Shown here piece after piece: positions 10,215 to 19,941 of a stretch of DNA of 33,455 nt. Within the stretch, counting starts at the first letter, position 1. Every line of letters begins with the position of its first letter. Both the position numbers and the translations under genes were made by a program. Origin of the DNA: Macrostomum lignano (taxonomy: Eukaryota). The notes beneath the pieces were generated by a model. That model saw only the letters and a list, made by a program, of their open reading frames with translations. It was not told the DNA's origin and made no database searches. Location of the stretch: positions 1 to 33,455 of the forward strand of contig NIVC01003395.1 in the NCBI GenBank assembly GCA_002269645.1, in the 5' to 3' direction.

Positions 10215-12260
10215 GTAGATCTCTGGATTGTCTGCCTGTAGATTTCTAGATCGTCTGCCTGTAGATTTCTAGATCGTCTGCCTGTAGATTTCTAGATCGT
10301 CTGCCTGTAGATCTCTGGATCGCCTGCCTGTAGATCTCTAGATCGGCTGCCTGTAGATCTCTAGATCGCCTGCCTGTAGATTTCTAGATCGTCTGCCTGT
10401 AGATTTCTAGATCGTCTGCCTGTAGATCGCTGGATCGCCTGCCTGTAGATCTCTAGATCGTCTGCCTGTAGATTTCTAGATCGCCTGCCTGTAGACCTCT
10501 GGATCGTCTGCCTGTAGATTTCTAGATCGCCTGCCTGTAGATCTCTAGATCGTCTGCCTGTAGATTTCTAGATCGTCTGCCTGTAGATTTCTAGATCGTC
10601 TGCCTGTAGATCTTTGGATAGTCTGCCTGTAGATCTCTGGATAGTCTGCCTGTAGATTTCTAGATCGTCTGCCTGTAGATTTCTAGATCGTCTGCCTGTA
10701 GATCTCTGGATCGCCTGCCTGTAGATCTCTAAATCGCCTGCCTGTAGATTTCTAGATCGTCTGCCTGTAGATTTCTAGATCGTCTGCCTGTAGATCACTG
10801 GATCGCCTGCCTGTAGATCTCTAGATCGCCTGCCTGTAGATTTCTAGATCGTCTGCCTGTAGATCTCTGGATCGTCTGCTTGTAGATTTCTAGATCTTCT
10901 GCCTGTAGATTTATAGATCGCCTGCCTGTAGATCTCTGGATCGCCTGCCTGTAGATTTCTAGATCGTCTGCCTGTAGATCTCTGGATAGTCTGCCTGTAG
11001 ATTTCTGGATCGTCTGCCTGTAGATCTCTGGATCGCCTGCCTGTAGATCTCTGGATCGCCTGCCTGTAGATCTCTAGATAGTCTGCCTGTAGATCTCTGG
11101 ATCGTCTGCCCGTAGATCTCTGGATCGTCTGCCTGTAGATTTCTAGATCGTCTGCCTGTAGATCTCTGGATCGTCTGCCTGTAGATCTCTGGATCGTCTG
11201 CCTGTAGATTTCTAGATCGTCTGCCTGTAGATTTCTAGATCGCCTGCCTGTAGATCTCTGGATCGCCTGCCTGTAGATCTCTAGATCACCTGCCTGTAGA
11301 TCTCTAGATCGCCTGCCTGTAGATCTCTAGATCGCCTGCCTGTAGATTTCTAGATCGTCTGCCTGTAGATCGCTGGATCGCCTGCCTGTAGATCTCTAGA
11401 TCGCCTGCCTGTAGATTTCTAGATCGTCTGCCTGTAGATCTCTGGATCGTCTGCCTGTAGATTTCTAGATCGTCTGCCTGTAGATTTCTAGATCGTCTGC
11501 CTGTAGATCTCTGGATAGTCTGCCTGTAGATTTCTAGATCGTCTGCCTGTAGATTACTAGATTGTCTGCCTGTAGATTTCTAGATCGTCTGCCTGTAGAT
11601 CTCTGGATCGCCTGCCTGTAGATTTCTAGATCGTCTGCCTGTAGATCTCTGGATCGTCTGCCTGTAGATCTCTGGATTGTCTGCCTTTAGATCTGTAGAT
11701 CTTGTCTGTAGATCTCTAGATAGTCTGCCTGTAGATCTCTGGATCGTCTGCCTGTAGATCTCTGGATCGTCTGCCTGTAGATTTCTAGATCGTCTGCCTG
11801 TAGATCTCTGGATCGTCTGCCTGTAGATTTCTAGATCGCCTGCCTGTAGATCTCTGGATCGCCTGCCTGTAGATCTCTAGATCACCTGCCTGTAGATCTC
11901 TAGATCGGCTGCCTGTAGATCTCTAGATCGCCTGCCTGTAGATTTCTAGATCGTCTGCCTGTAGATTTCTAGATCGTCTGCCTGTAGATCGCTGGATCGC
12001 CTGCCTGTAGATCTCTAGATCACCTGCCTGTAGATCTCTAGATCGCCTGCCTGTAGATTTCTAGATCGTCTGCCTGTAGATCTCTGGATCGTCTGCCTGT
12101 AGATCTCTGGATTGTCTGCCTTTAGATCTGTAGATCTTGTCTGTAGATCTCTAGATCTTCTGCCTGAAGATCTCTAGATCTTTTGCTTGTAGATCTCTAG
12201 ATCTTATGGCTGTAAATCTCTGAATATATTGTATGTAGTTCTATGTATCTCCTGCCTGTA
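10215..12260. repeat. ~2-kb satellite, 23-bp unit (ctgtagat[t/c]tct[a/g]gatcg[t/c]ctgc)
   Basis: Read directly; no ORFs are called across it; decays towards ~12470. Confidence 0.97.
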
Positions 12261-12509
12261 GATCTCTTGATCTGCCTGTAGATCTCTGCATTCTGTATAT
12301 GTAGATCTCCAGATCTACAGCTCGTGCAGATCTCCAATCTGTCTATAGATGACTGAATCCTATGTCTATAGAGCCCAAATCATTTTTTCTGTGCAACTCC
12401 CAAATCCTCTTGTTTTTAGTCCTCGAATTTTCTGTCAATAAATCGATGACTAATTTGTCTGTAGATCATGTTATCATTTGCCTTTAGATATCCTAGCACT
12501 CCAGTCTGT

Positions 12510-12781
12510 AGATCAGTAGCATCTCCCAACAACACGGATCCCCCGGTTTCCTTCACTCAGCCGGTTGCCAGCTCCGCCAATCCTCGTCCAAAACCGGCCA
12601 CTTCGCTGCACCCCTGCCTGCTGGCCCGGCCACCCTCGGCCGCTCTGTCCGGTCGCCTGTTGCGAGGTCGAGGTCTGATTAAAACAAAGACTGAAAACTT
12701 TGCGCCCGCTCAGAGCCAGAAACAGTCGAGAGTGCCGCCTCTGCAGCGCACGCTTTTCAGCACCCTCTGCAGCCACCCTCT

Positions 12782-12813
<32 letters not shown>

Positions 12814-12941
12814 CAAAGATTCAGTCATCGTCAGTTTCAAATTTTACAAAATCGAAATTTTCGACAGCGCCAAGAATTCGCGTGATGGCAGTTGTGCGGC
12901 ACAATGAGGCGGCTGGACATCAGCTGATGGGAGGCATTTAG
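12510..12941 (+). other. GC-rich exon-like segment, possible last exon of the unidentified gene; reading frame unresolved
   Basis: Composition shift after the satellite, a CAG run, and AATAAA at 13058. The nearby phase-0 acceptors I checked do not lead into the 12468 ORF frame. Confidence 0.25.
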
Positions 12942-13369
12942 CAGGCCGACTAGCTGGTTGTACTCGCAAAAAATTAGGTTTCAGATGTTGAATATAGCAG
13001 CTACCTGCAGCACTCATTCATCCCATTTTTTAATTGAGCAATTTTGTTTCAAAGTTAAATAAATATTTTCAGTCACTCGAGGCTGCACAGATAAGTCAAG
13101 TCATTTTTCAAAGAATGAAATGTGTTTTTTATAAAGCAGAGAACTCTAGTAGAAAGTTTATAAATAATTAAGGAAGTAAATCTGCAATTACAGACGTTTT
13201 CATTCAGTATCAATTGTCTAATTTTTATTCTTTGATGCAGAGGCGTTCGTTCACGCACAGGGCCGCGGCCCCCGCACCCTATTATTGCCCCCACGAAGAT
13301 ATCGCTTCCCTAGGTTAGGCATCCACTGGCGTAGGAGACACAGAGTAGGGAGAGGTTGTTGCCTACCAA

Positions 13370-13757
13370 GAGACAGGAGCGCCAACCAAGAGACAGGGGC
13401 GCCCAACCAAGAGACAGGGGCGCCCAACCAAGAGACAGGGGCGCCAACCAAGAGACAGGGGCGCCCAACCAAGAGACAGGGGCGCCCAACCAAGAGACAG
13501 GGGCGCCCACCAAGAGACAGGGGCGCCCACCAAGAGACAGGGGCGCCCAACCAAGAGACAGGGGCGCCAACCAAGAGACAGGGGCGCCCAACCAAGAGAC
13601 AGGGGCGTCAACAAGAGACAGGGGCGCCAACCAAGAGACAGGGGCGCCCACCAAGAGACAGGGGTGCCCACCAAGAGACAGGGGCGCCCACCAAGAGACA
13701 GGGGCGCCAACCAAGAGACAGGGGCGCCCACCAGGAGACAGGGGCGCCCACCAAGAG
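13370..13757. repeat. 20-21 bp minisatellite (ccaagagacaggggcgccca)
   Basis: Read directly; explains the overlapping repetitive ORFs at 13251-13788. Confidence 0.95.
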
Positions 13758-14219
13758 CACTAAAATTACATGTAGAATTCCTGCGTAGCCAAGCTGCTTT
13801 GATAGAGACTTAGGCCGCCATGCATATATACTACATGTACATGTAAATGCTTGATCTCATCGATTATAAGATGTACATGCAGTTTTCAGTTTGACTATCA
13901 AAGACCTTGCATGCATAAATTCAGCTGATATTCAGTAATAAAAATTTTTCAATTGCCGTCCGCCTAAGACGCTGTGAATGAAGACACATGTCAGAGCTGA
14001 TAAAGATAAGATAAGCTAATGTAATTACGAGTCAGTATTGATATTGTAGCATATGTGCAGTGTACATTCGTAGGAGGGCTGCCGGCAACCCTGGCGCAAC
14101 GCCATCGTCTCGCAAACCAGCGCTGACTCCCATTCCGCGGACTCCTGAGTACGCATGTACAGTACCATAATGTATGCATAATCCAGCAGTATACATCATG
14201 TATGTATCATGTATGCACA

Positions 14220-14759
14220 ATCCAGCAGCAGGCTGGCCTGCGACTCCGCTGCCTCCATGGCCCTGGCCACCCGGACCGCCTGGCCCAGGTCCACGTTGTC
14301 CATGGCCAGCAGCTTCCTGCGGAGCTGCTCGGAGTTGCAGCCGGCGATCAGCTGGTCGCGGATCAGAGAGTCCCTGAGGCCTTCGAATTTGCAGCAGTCT
14401 GCGGTGTCGTTGAGCCGCCGCAGCCAGTCTTCCAGGGACTCTCCGGTCTGCTGGATCCACAGACGGAACTGGTAGCGTGTGAAGGGCAAGTTGAGCTGGC
14501 TGATGAAGTGCTCATTGAGAGCCTTAATGAGCTTGTCGACGTCATCTCCGGTTTCGGCGAGACCGGCTGCAATGGCCTGTAGGTCCTCGCCCGCTGTGTA
14601 TAGAAGGAGTTGGCGAAGTCGCTTCTTGTCAGAGATGTCAGCGGCCGCGGCGAACAGCTGGAACTGAGCCAACCACTTGCTCCACTTTGTATGTGCCGCA
14701 TGGGGCTCCTCGCGCAAGTTCAATGGCGGCGGTGTGGGTAGGCTAGCTTGCCACGCCAT
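14220..14759 (-). pseudogene. Truncated Ty3/gypsy-type gag
   Basis: W..W...F..F..A...LLL..AG...RY.F....Q..GES...W..RL...A..C.F....D.LIRDQLI.G......RRKLL is the typical invertebrate gypsy gag core. It stops before any zinc knuckle or pol, running into CATG-rich repeat sequence. Confidence 0.85.
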
Positions 14760-14946
14760 TGTAGTGCGCTTGTGTGTGGCGAAAAACCTGGTCTCGTGGA
14801 CCGTATATTAGAGCTATTATATCAACTCACTTCCGACGTGCGGCTACAGTGTTACGCAATGGTTGACGGGGCCAGTGCTAGTGCACGTTGGACAAGAGGG
14901 CGAAAGCTAGTCAGAGAAAAGCGTGAAGGCATAGAGGGGGCGTACA
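14760..14946 (-). mobile_element. Probable 5' LTR (187 bp) of the gypsy fragment
   Basis: The minus strand reads TGTACG...ACTACA, followed by one base and TGGCG (PBS-like position overlapping the gag ATG). No second LTR is in the window. Confidence 0.5.
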
Positions 14947-14949
14947 CTA

Positions 14950-15139
14950 CAATCATGTATGTATCATGTATGCATAATCAAGTATGCATCATATATGTGT
15001 CATGTATGCATAATCCAGTATACATCATTTATGTACAAGTATGCATCATGTCTGCATCATGTGTTTATCATATACAAGTATGCATCATGCCTGCATCATG
15101 TGTTTATCATGTACAAGTATGCATCATGTCTGCATCATG
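14950..15139. repeat. CATG/TATG-rich satellite (~39-bp unit gcatcatgtctgcatcatgtgtttatcatgtacaagtat); also at ~14165-14225 and 16452-16505
   Basis: Read directly; the unit phase resumes after the 15140-16451 insertion. Confidence 0.85.
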
Positions 15140-16451
15140 ACTACTATGGACTGCAAAATCCGTTGATTTTGGAGGTGGGGTGGGTGTCAACCCTCCTCGC
15201 CTCTCATTGGCTGGCGCCCTGATCACTAGGTGATCGATACGCGTATCGATATCGGCGCTTGGCGCGCGCGCGCCGCAGGCGCGTGGCGCCAAGCGCCGCA
15301 GGCGCACCCTCCCGATATGTACCCCGATATGTATGCCCACCCTCCCGATATGTACCCCGATATGTACACCCTCCCGATATGTATACCCACCCTCCAGAGC
15401 AGCAGGCGCCCATGCCGCAGGCGCCCCATGCCGCAGACGCCCATGCCGCAGGCGCCCCGAGTGTACACTCTCCCGAGCCAAAGGTACACTCTCCCCAGTA
15501 CGGGTGTACACTCTCCCAATACAGGTGTACACTCTCCCAATACAGGTGTACACTCTCCCAATACAGGTGTACACTCTCCCGATATGTAGTCAACGATACG
15601 TACCCCGCAGACCCCCTATACCTCACACCCTGCCCCCCACCTAGCCTCTTCCCCTCTCTCACCCGCATCTCAACTAGCGAAATCGAACTCAGGTCGCGCC
15701 CATACTAGGCCACTACACGGTTGGGTATAGGAAGTTTCAGCCCCGATGCTGACGCAGCCCTGTACAGTGAGCGTGTACGGGCAGAGAGGGGTGGGTGGAC
15801 AGAGAGCCAGCCACTAGGTTGTTATACTGTTGAAGCATAGGGAGCGAGAAGTTTTAACCCCGACGCTGACGCAGCCCTGTACAGTGAGCGTGTACGGGCA
15901 GAGGGTGGGTGGAAAGAGATGTGAACAACACAGCCTGCTGCAGGAGCCGGATAGAGAGGCGCATGCTAGGACAGAGAGGCAGTGTGAGTCACACACACCC
16001 CACAGAGAGAGTCGTACAGAGGATAGAGAGCTCCCTCCCCAGTTGCAGGGGACAGAGAGGCAAGCAGGGTATGCAGGGGCATGCGATCAGTCAAGGGGCC
16101 ACGCGAGGATAGAGTGGAGGAGCAGAGATGTGTATGGACAGAGAGCAGGCCACGCGTGCGTAGTGTGAGGGAACAGAAACATATGGAGCAGGAGGGAGAT
16201 AGGGAGCAAACGCTCTGGGTAAGGGAGCCACACAAGGGAGCCATGCAGCAGGGAGCAGTGTACAGTGAGACACGGGCAGGGGTGGAGCCGTGCGTGGACA
16301 GAGCTGAACGGCCTGCGGCGCGCGCGCGCCGAGCGCCGATATCGATACGCGTATCGATCACCTAGTGATCAGGGCGCCAGCCAATGAGAGGCGAGGAGGG
16401 TTGACACCCACCCCACCTCCAAAATCAACGGATTTTGCAGTCCATAGTAGT
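15140..16451. mobile_element. Non-autonomous DNA element, 1312 bp, 141-bp TIRs (ACTACTATGGACTGCAAAATCC...), 6-bp TSD ATCATG
   Basis: 15140-15280 versus the reverse complement of 16311-16451 differs at one base. ATCATG at 15134-15139 and 16452-16457. The interior is short repeats with no convincing ORF. Confidence 0.9.
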
Positions 16452-17164
16452 ATCATGTGTTTATCATGTACAAGTATGCATAATGTATGTAATCTGTATC
16501 ATGATTTAATCGACATTCCTTCTAGAAGACCCTGGCAACATGCGTGCATGTATTATACAAATATGAATCAAGCACAGAAGACATTATCGCTAAGAAGTGT
16601 TTAACTGGTGACACAACAACGCCACAGCTTCTATAATAACTAATAATTCCCCTTCATTTAAGTTCCAACCTCTTTTAAATTCCGCTTTATTTAATAATTA
16701 ACATTAAACAGCTTAGTAAATAGTTAATTAAAATTATTTAAACACAACGCAATATGCCAAGGGTTGCTTTGGAATTTCGAAGAACAGACGGCAGCTACAC
16801 AGACTAGAGAAGAGATTTTAGACAGAGAACACTGAACCCGTACAGAATACAATACAAATAAATAACATTTATTAAGCGTAATAGGAAACACAAACCGGAC
16901 ACCCATAAACACAGCAATATTAACACAATATTATAGTATTATAACATCTCTACTCGTAAATGAAATAAGAGAACACAGAGAGACAGAATAAGACAGAGTA
17001 AGCGAGGGAGCGAAAAACCAACTTTAATAAAACGAAAAAATGAAAAAAACTACAGACAATTCAGTTTTTATGGCGTATATTTAAATCCTCTTCTAAAAGG
17101 ATTTTTTTCTATTGACGTATTTTAATTGATTCTTTTATCAACTGCCAGCTTTCTAAGCAAGCCT

Positions 17165-17645
17165 GGGAAAACCTGAGGCCACACCTGAGGATCTGATTGG
17201 GGGGGGGGCAGAGCCTGAGGCCACACCTGAGGATCTGATTGGGGCGGGCAGAGCCTGAGGCCACACCTGAGGATCTGATTGGGGCGGGCAGAGCCTGAGG
17301 CCACACCTGAGGATCTGATTTAGGGGGGGGGCAGAGCCTGAGGCCACACCTGAGGATCTGATTGGGGCGGGCAGCGCCTGAGGCCACACCTGAGGATCTG
17401 ATTAGGGGGGGGGCAGAGCCTGAGGCCACACCTGAGGATCTGATTAGGGGGGGGGGCAGAGCCTGAGGCCCCACCTGAGGATCTGATTGGGGGGGGGCAG
17501 AGCCTGAGGCCCCATCTGAGGATCTGATTGGGGGGGGGGAGGCAGAGCCTGAGGCCCCATCTGAGGATCTGATTGGGGGGGGAGGCAGAGCCTGAGGCCC
17601 CATCTGAGGATCTGATTGGGGGGGCAGAGCCTGAGGCCCACCTGA
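17165..17645. repeat. ~40-bp minisatellite with variable G-runs (cctgaggccacacctgaggatctgattggggggggcagag)
   Basis: Read directly; lies ~160 bp downstream of the ARF stop. Confidence 0.95.
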
Positions 17646-17800
17646 AGCATTTGAACAATTTCCAAGGCCACTTAAAAACCCTGCAGCAGTAAAATAGTGA
17701 CACCCCAATACTTGCATATCTTATTATAAAAGTCAAATCCCCAATCCCAAAAGTCGGATCTCTTCAACAAGCCTGAGCACTAGTTACCCTCAGCGCAGAT

Positions 17801-18091
17801 TTACCTAGCCTTGGACTTCAGCGTATTACTTAGCCAGTCAAGGCCCTCATACAGACCCTCTCCGTTCGTAGCGCAGGTGGCCTGGATGTACCAGGTGCGG
17901 TTGCGCAGCGAGTGCAGTCCGAGCTTATCCGTGAGCTCCGCAGCGTTCATGGCATTGGGCAGGTCCTGCTTGTTGGCGAACACCAGCAGGATGGCGTCAC
18001 GGAGCTCGTCTTCGTTCAGCATCCGCATCAGCTCTTCGCGGGCCTCGCCGACTCGCTCGCGATCATTGCTGTCTACTACGAAGATCAGGCC
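17801..18091 (-). CDS. ARF1: ADP-ribosylation factor (class I), exon 2
   Basis: Acceptor ttgcAG|GGC gives [13 protein letters not shown]...[14 protein letters not shown]...[20 protein letters not shown]. 291 nt including stop. Confidence 0.96.
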   Translation of the reverse strand, partial: GLIFVVDSNDRERVGEAREELMRMLNEDELRDAILLVFANKQDLPNAMNAAELTDKLGLHSLRNRTWYIQATCATNGEGLYEGLDWLSNTLKSKAR

Positions 18092-18121
18092 CTGCAAATT
18101 GAATGTTTTGTGCATGATCAA

Positions 18122-18189
18122 TGATCCCTTATCCCCTCAATAATCCTGATCCCTTATCCCCTCAATAATCCTGATCCCTTATCCCCTCA
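18122..18189. repeat. Left remnant of the 25-bp ARF-intron minisatellite (taatcctgatcccttatcccctcaa)
   Basis: Same unit as 28493-28900; split by the transposon. Confidence 0.92.
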
Positions 18190-18823
18190 CCCGCTGGAAA
18201 ATAGGGACGGATATTTGGTTCGGATATAGCGTATCCGGATCCGGATAGGGGCACTTTTCCGAATGAACGGCCGGATATGTCCAGATATGACATTTTATCC
18301 GAACTATATCCGGACAAGTCGTATCCGGACGAATATCCGGATTATCACCCGGATATATGACTTATCCGGACAAAAATTTCCGGACTTTTCATCCGGATAC
18401 CAAACCTCTTGGTTCGGATACTTACCGCACTGTTTTTTCAATGCATATATGGCCTTCTTCAATTTTTCGCTCACATCAACCCTGGATTTTAGAAAGCTGT
18501 CCATGAGAGCTAATGTGGTCACTGAATTTCCAGTTACAACTACCTGACTAAATTTTATCTGCAATGCCTAAAATTAAGTGTCTGAAATTTTCCTGTGTGC
18601 AAATACAATTCGGCACCAATGTCAATGAAAGCTACTTGAACACTGGACTTAAGTTTTTTATTTTCAGTTATTGCCCTTTAATCAAGTAGTAAAATTGCTG
18701 TTAGCTAAACAAGTTGAAATATTAGGATATGGATATACAGTTGGATATTGAATAGGCAGCAAGATTGATTTGCAAAATATAGATGAATATTTACTTTCGA
18801 GTAATCGGTTTTCATAGTATGTA

Positions 18824-19817
18824 CGAGGGGTGTCCAAAAAATAGTGATACTTTTAACCGTAGCTCTCGTTCTGTAGCTTCCTGTGATTTAAAATTTTATG
18901 AACTGATAGCGGAAAATCTCTTCTACAGACTGCTTTTTGAATTTTTAAAATTGATCCCAGAGAACAAAAGTTATACCCACAAAAGTAACAGTACCTGTAC
19001 CATAGAGTTACACAAATTATAGGCTGAGCTTCACGAGATCCATGCCGAGTAAGCTTCGATGAATTGTTGATTTCGGCTTGTCCAACCTGTCAGCGATCTC
19101 TCTAATGGTCATTCGGGAGTCCTCGTCAAGAAGATTCAGAATGGAGTCCGCCAGTACATCAGGTCGATGAACGTATGGCCGCCCCGTCCAATGCTGATCT
19201 GCCAAGTCAATCCTTCCCTCGCTGAACTGCTCCATCCATCGATAAACTGTCATTTTGCTGACCGCAGAGGATCCGTGCGCAGAGCAAAGTTTTGCGTGAA
19301 TTTCTGAGGCACCATGGCCAGCGCCCCAAAGAGTGAAGATAGTACTTTGCTGAGCAACAACTGAGTGCACATTCATGTGTGTTGTCGAGTATGGGCAATG
19401 AAATCATGAACGAATCGCAAAATGCAAGCGATCCTCTGTTTGCAAGTAAAGCAATGCATTTAATGCTTTATTTTTCTGCGCCTGATCCCGTCCATAGATA
19501 AATTTCAGTCAGTCACAGTGAGTATCATTTTGCAATTGGGGTTTGGTATTGCTTAAACAAGACATTTATCGATGCCTTCTTAATGAATGAGTGCAGAAGT
19601 CGACTATTATAAATTTCGATATAATTTGTGTAACTCTATGGTACAGGTACTGTTACTTTCGTGGGTATAACTTTTGTTCTCTAGTATCAATTTTAAAAAT
19701 TCAAAAAGCAGTCTGTAGAATAGATTTCCCGCTATCAGTTCATAAAATTTTAAATCACAGGAAGCTACAGAACGAGAGCTACGGTTAAAAGTATCACTAC
19801 TTTTTGGACACCCCTCG
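18824..19817 (-). mobile_element. Non-autonomous mariner derivative, copy 1 (994 bp, ~198-bp inverted arms, TA TSD)
   Basis: TA|CGAGGGGTGTCCAAAAA ... TTTTTGGACACCCCTCG|TA, with an internal mariner N-terminal ORF. Confidence 0.95.
19017..19376 (-). pseudogene. Mariner transposase N-terminal fragment (bipartite HTH DNA-binding domain only, 119 aa)
   Basis: EIHAKL...G..AVS..TVYRW...F..G...L.D....GRP and D.RMTIREIA..L....STIHR.L. Ends at KLSL* before the WVPHEL linker; no catalytic domain. Confidence 0.88.
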
Positions 19818-19941
19818 TATACATATACGTCTCCTAGTCATAATAGTGAGGTAATTTTTAGGCAAATTGTATGCATGTAGAAATAATAGTGACGCATGAA
19901 ATGCATTCAACAAATTTTCAGCTACTTTTACTAACGCACAC

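Noticed and set aside
4262-12260. Satellites near HSF acting as heat-shock-element arrays
   Set aside because: The best matches (TTCtaGAT, GAAtgTCC, GAAtcTAC) give at most an imperfect two-unit site; no correctly spaced nGAAnnTTCnnGAAn was found.
14742-14758. Specific primer tRNA for the gypsy PBS
   Set aside because: Only TGGCG is suggestive; I cannot match the following bases to a tRNA 3' end without a database.
15145-16446. IS3EU assignment from the internal TATGG...CCATA
   Set aside because: The bases flanking those positions (gactac and gtagta) are not direct repeats; the inverted match and the 6-bp TSD sit five bases further out.
606-17736. Many long ORFs with periodic translations (606, 679, 1980-2639, 4254-5117, 5714-6380, 13251-13788, 15107-15708, 17109-17736)
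   Set aside because: They coincide with stop-poor tandem repeats, are open in several frames or strands, and have no domain signal.
18263-18564. ORFs at 18263/18304 and at 28010-28463
   Set aside because: They overlap the TCCGGA-rich subterminal repeats and show no protein motifs.
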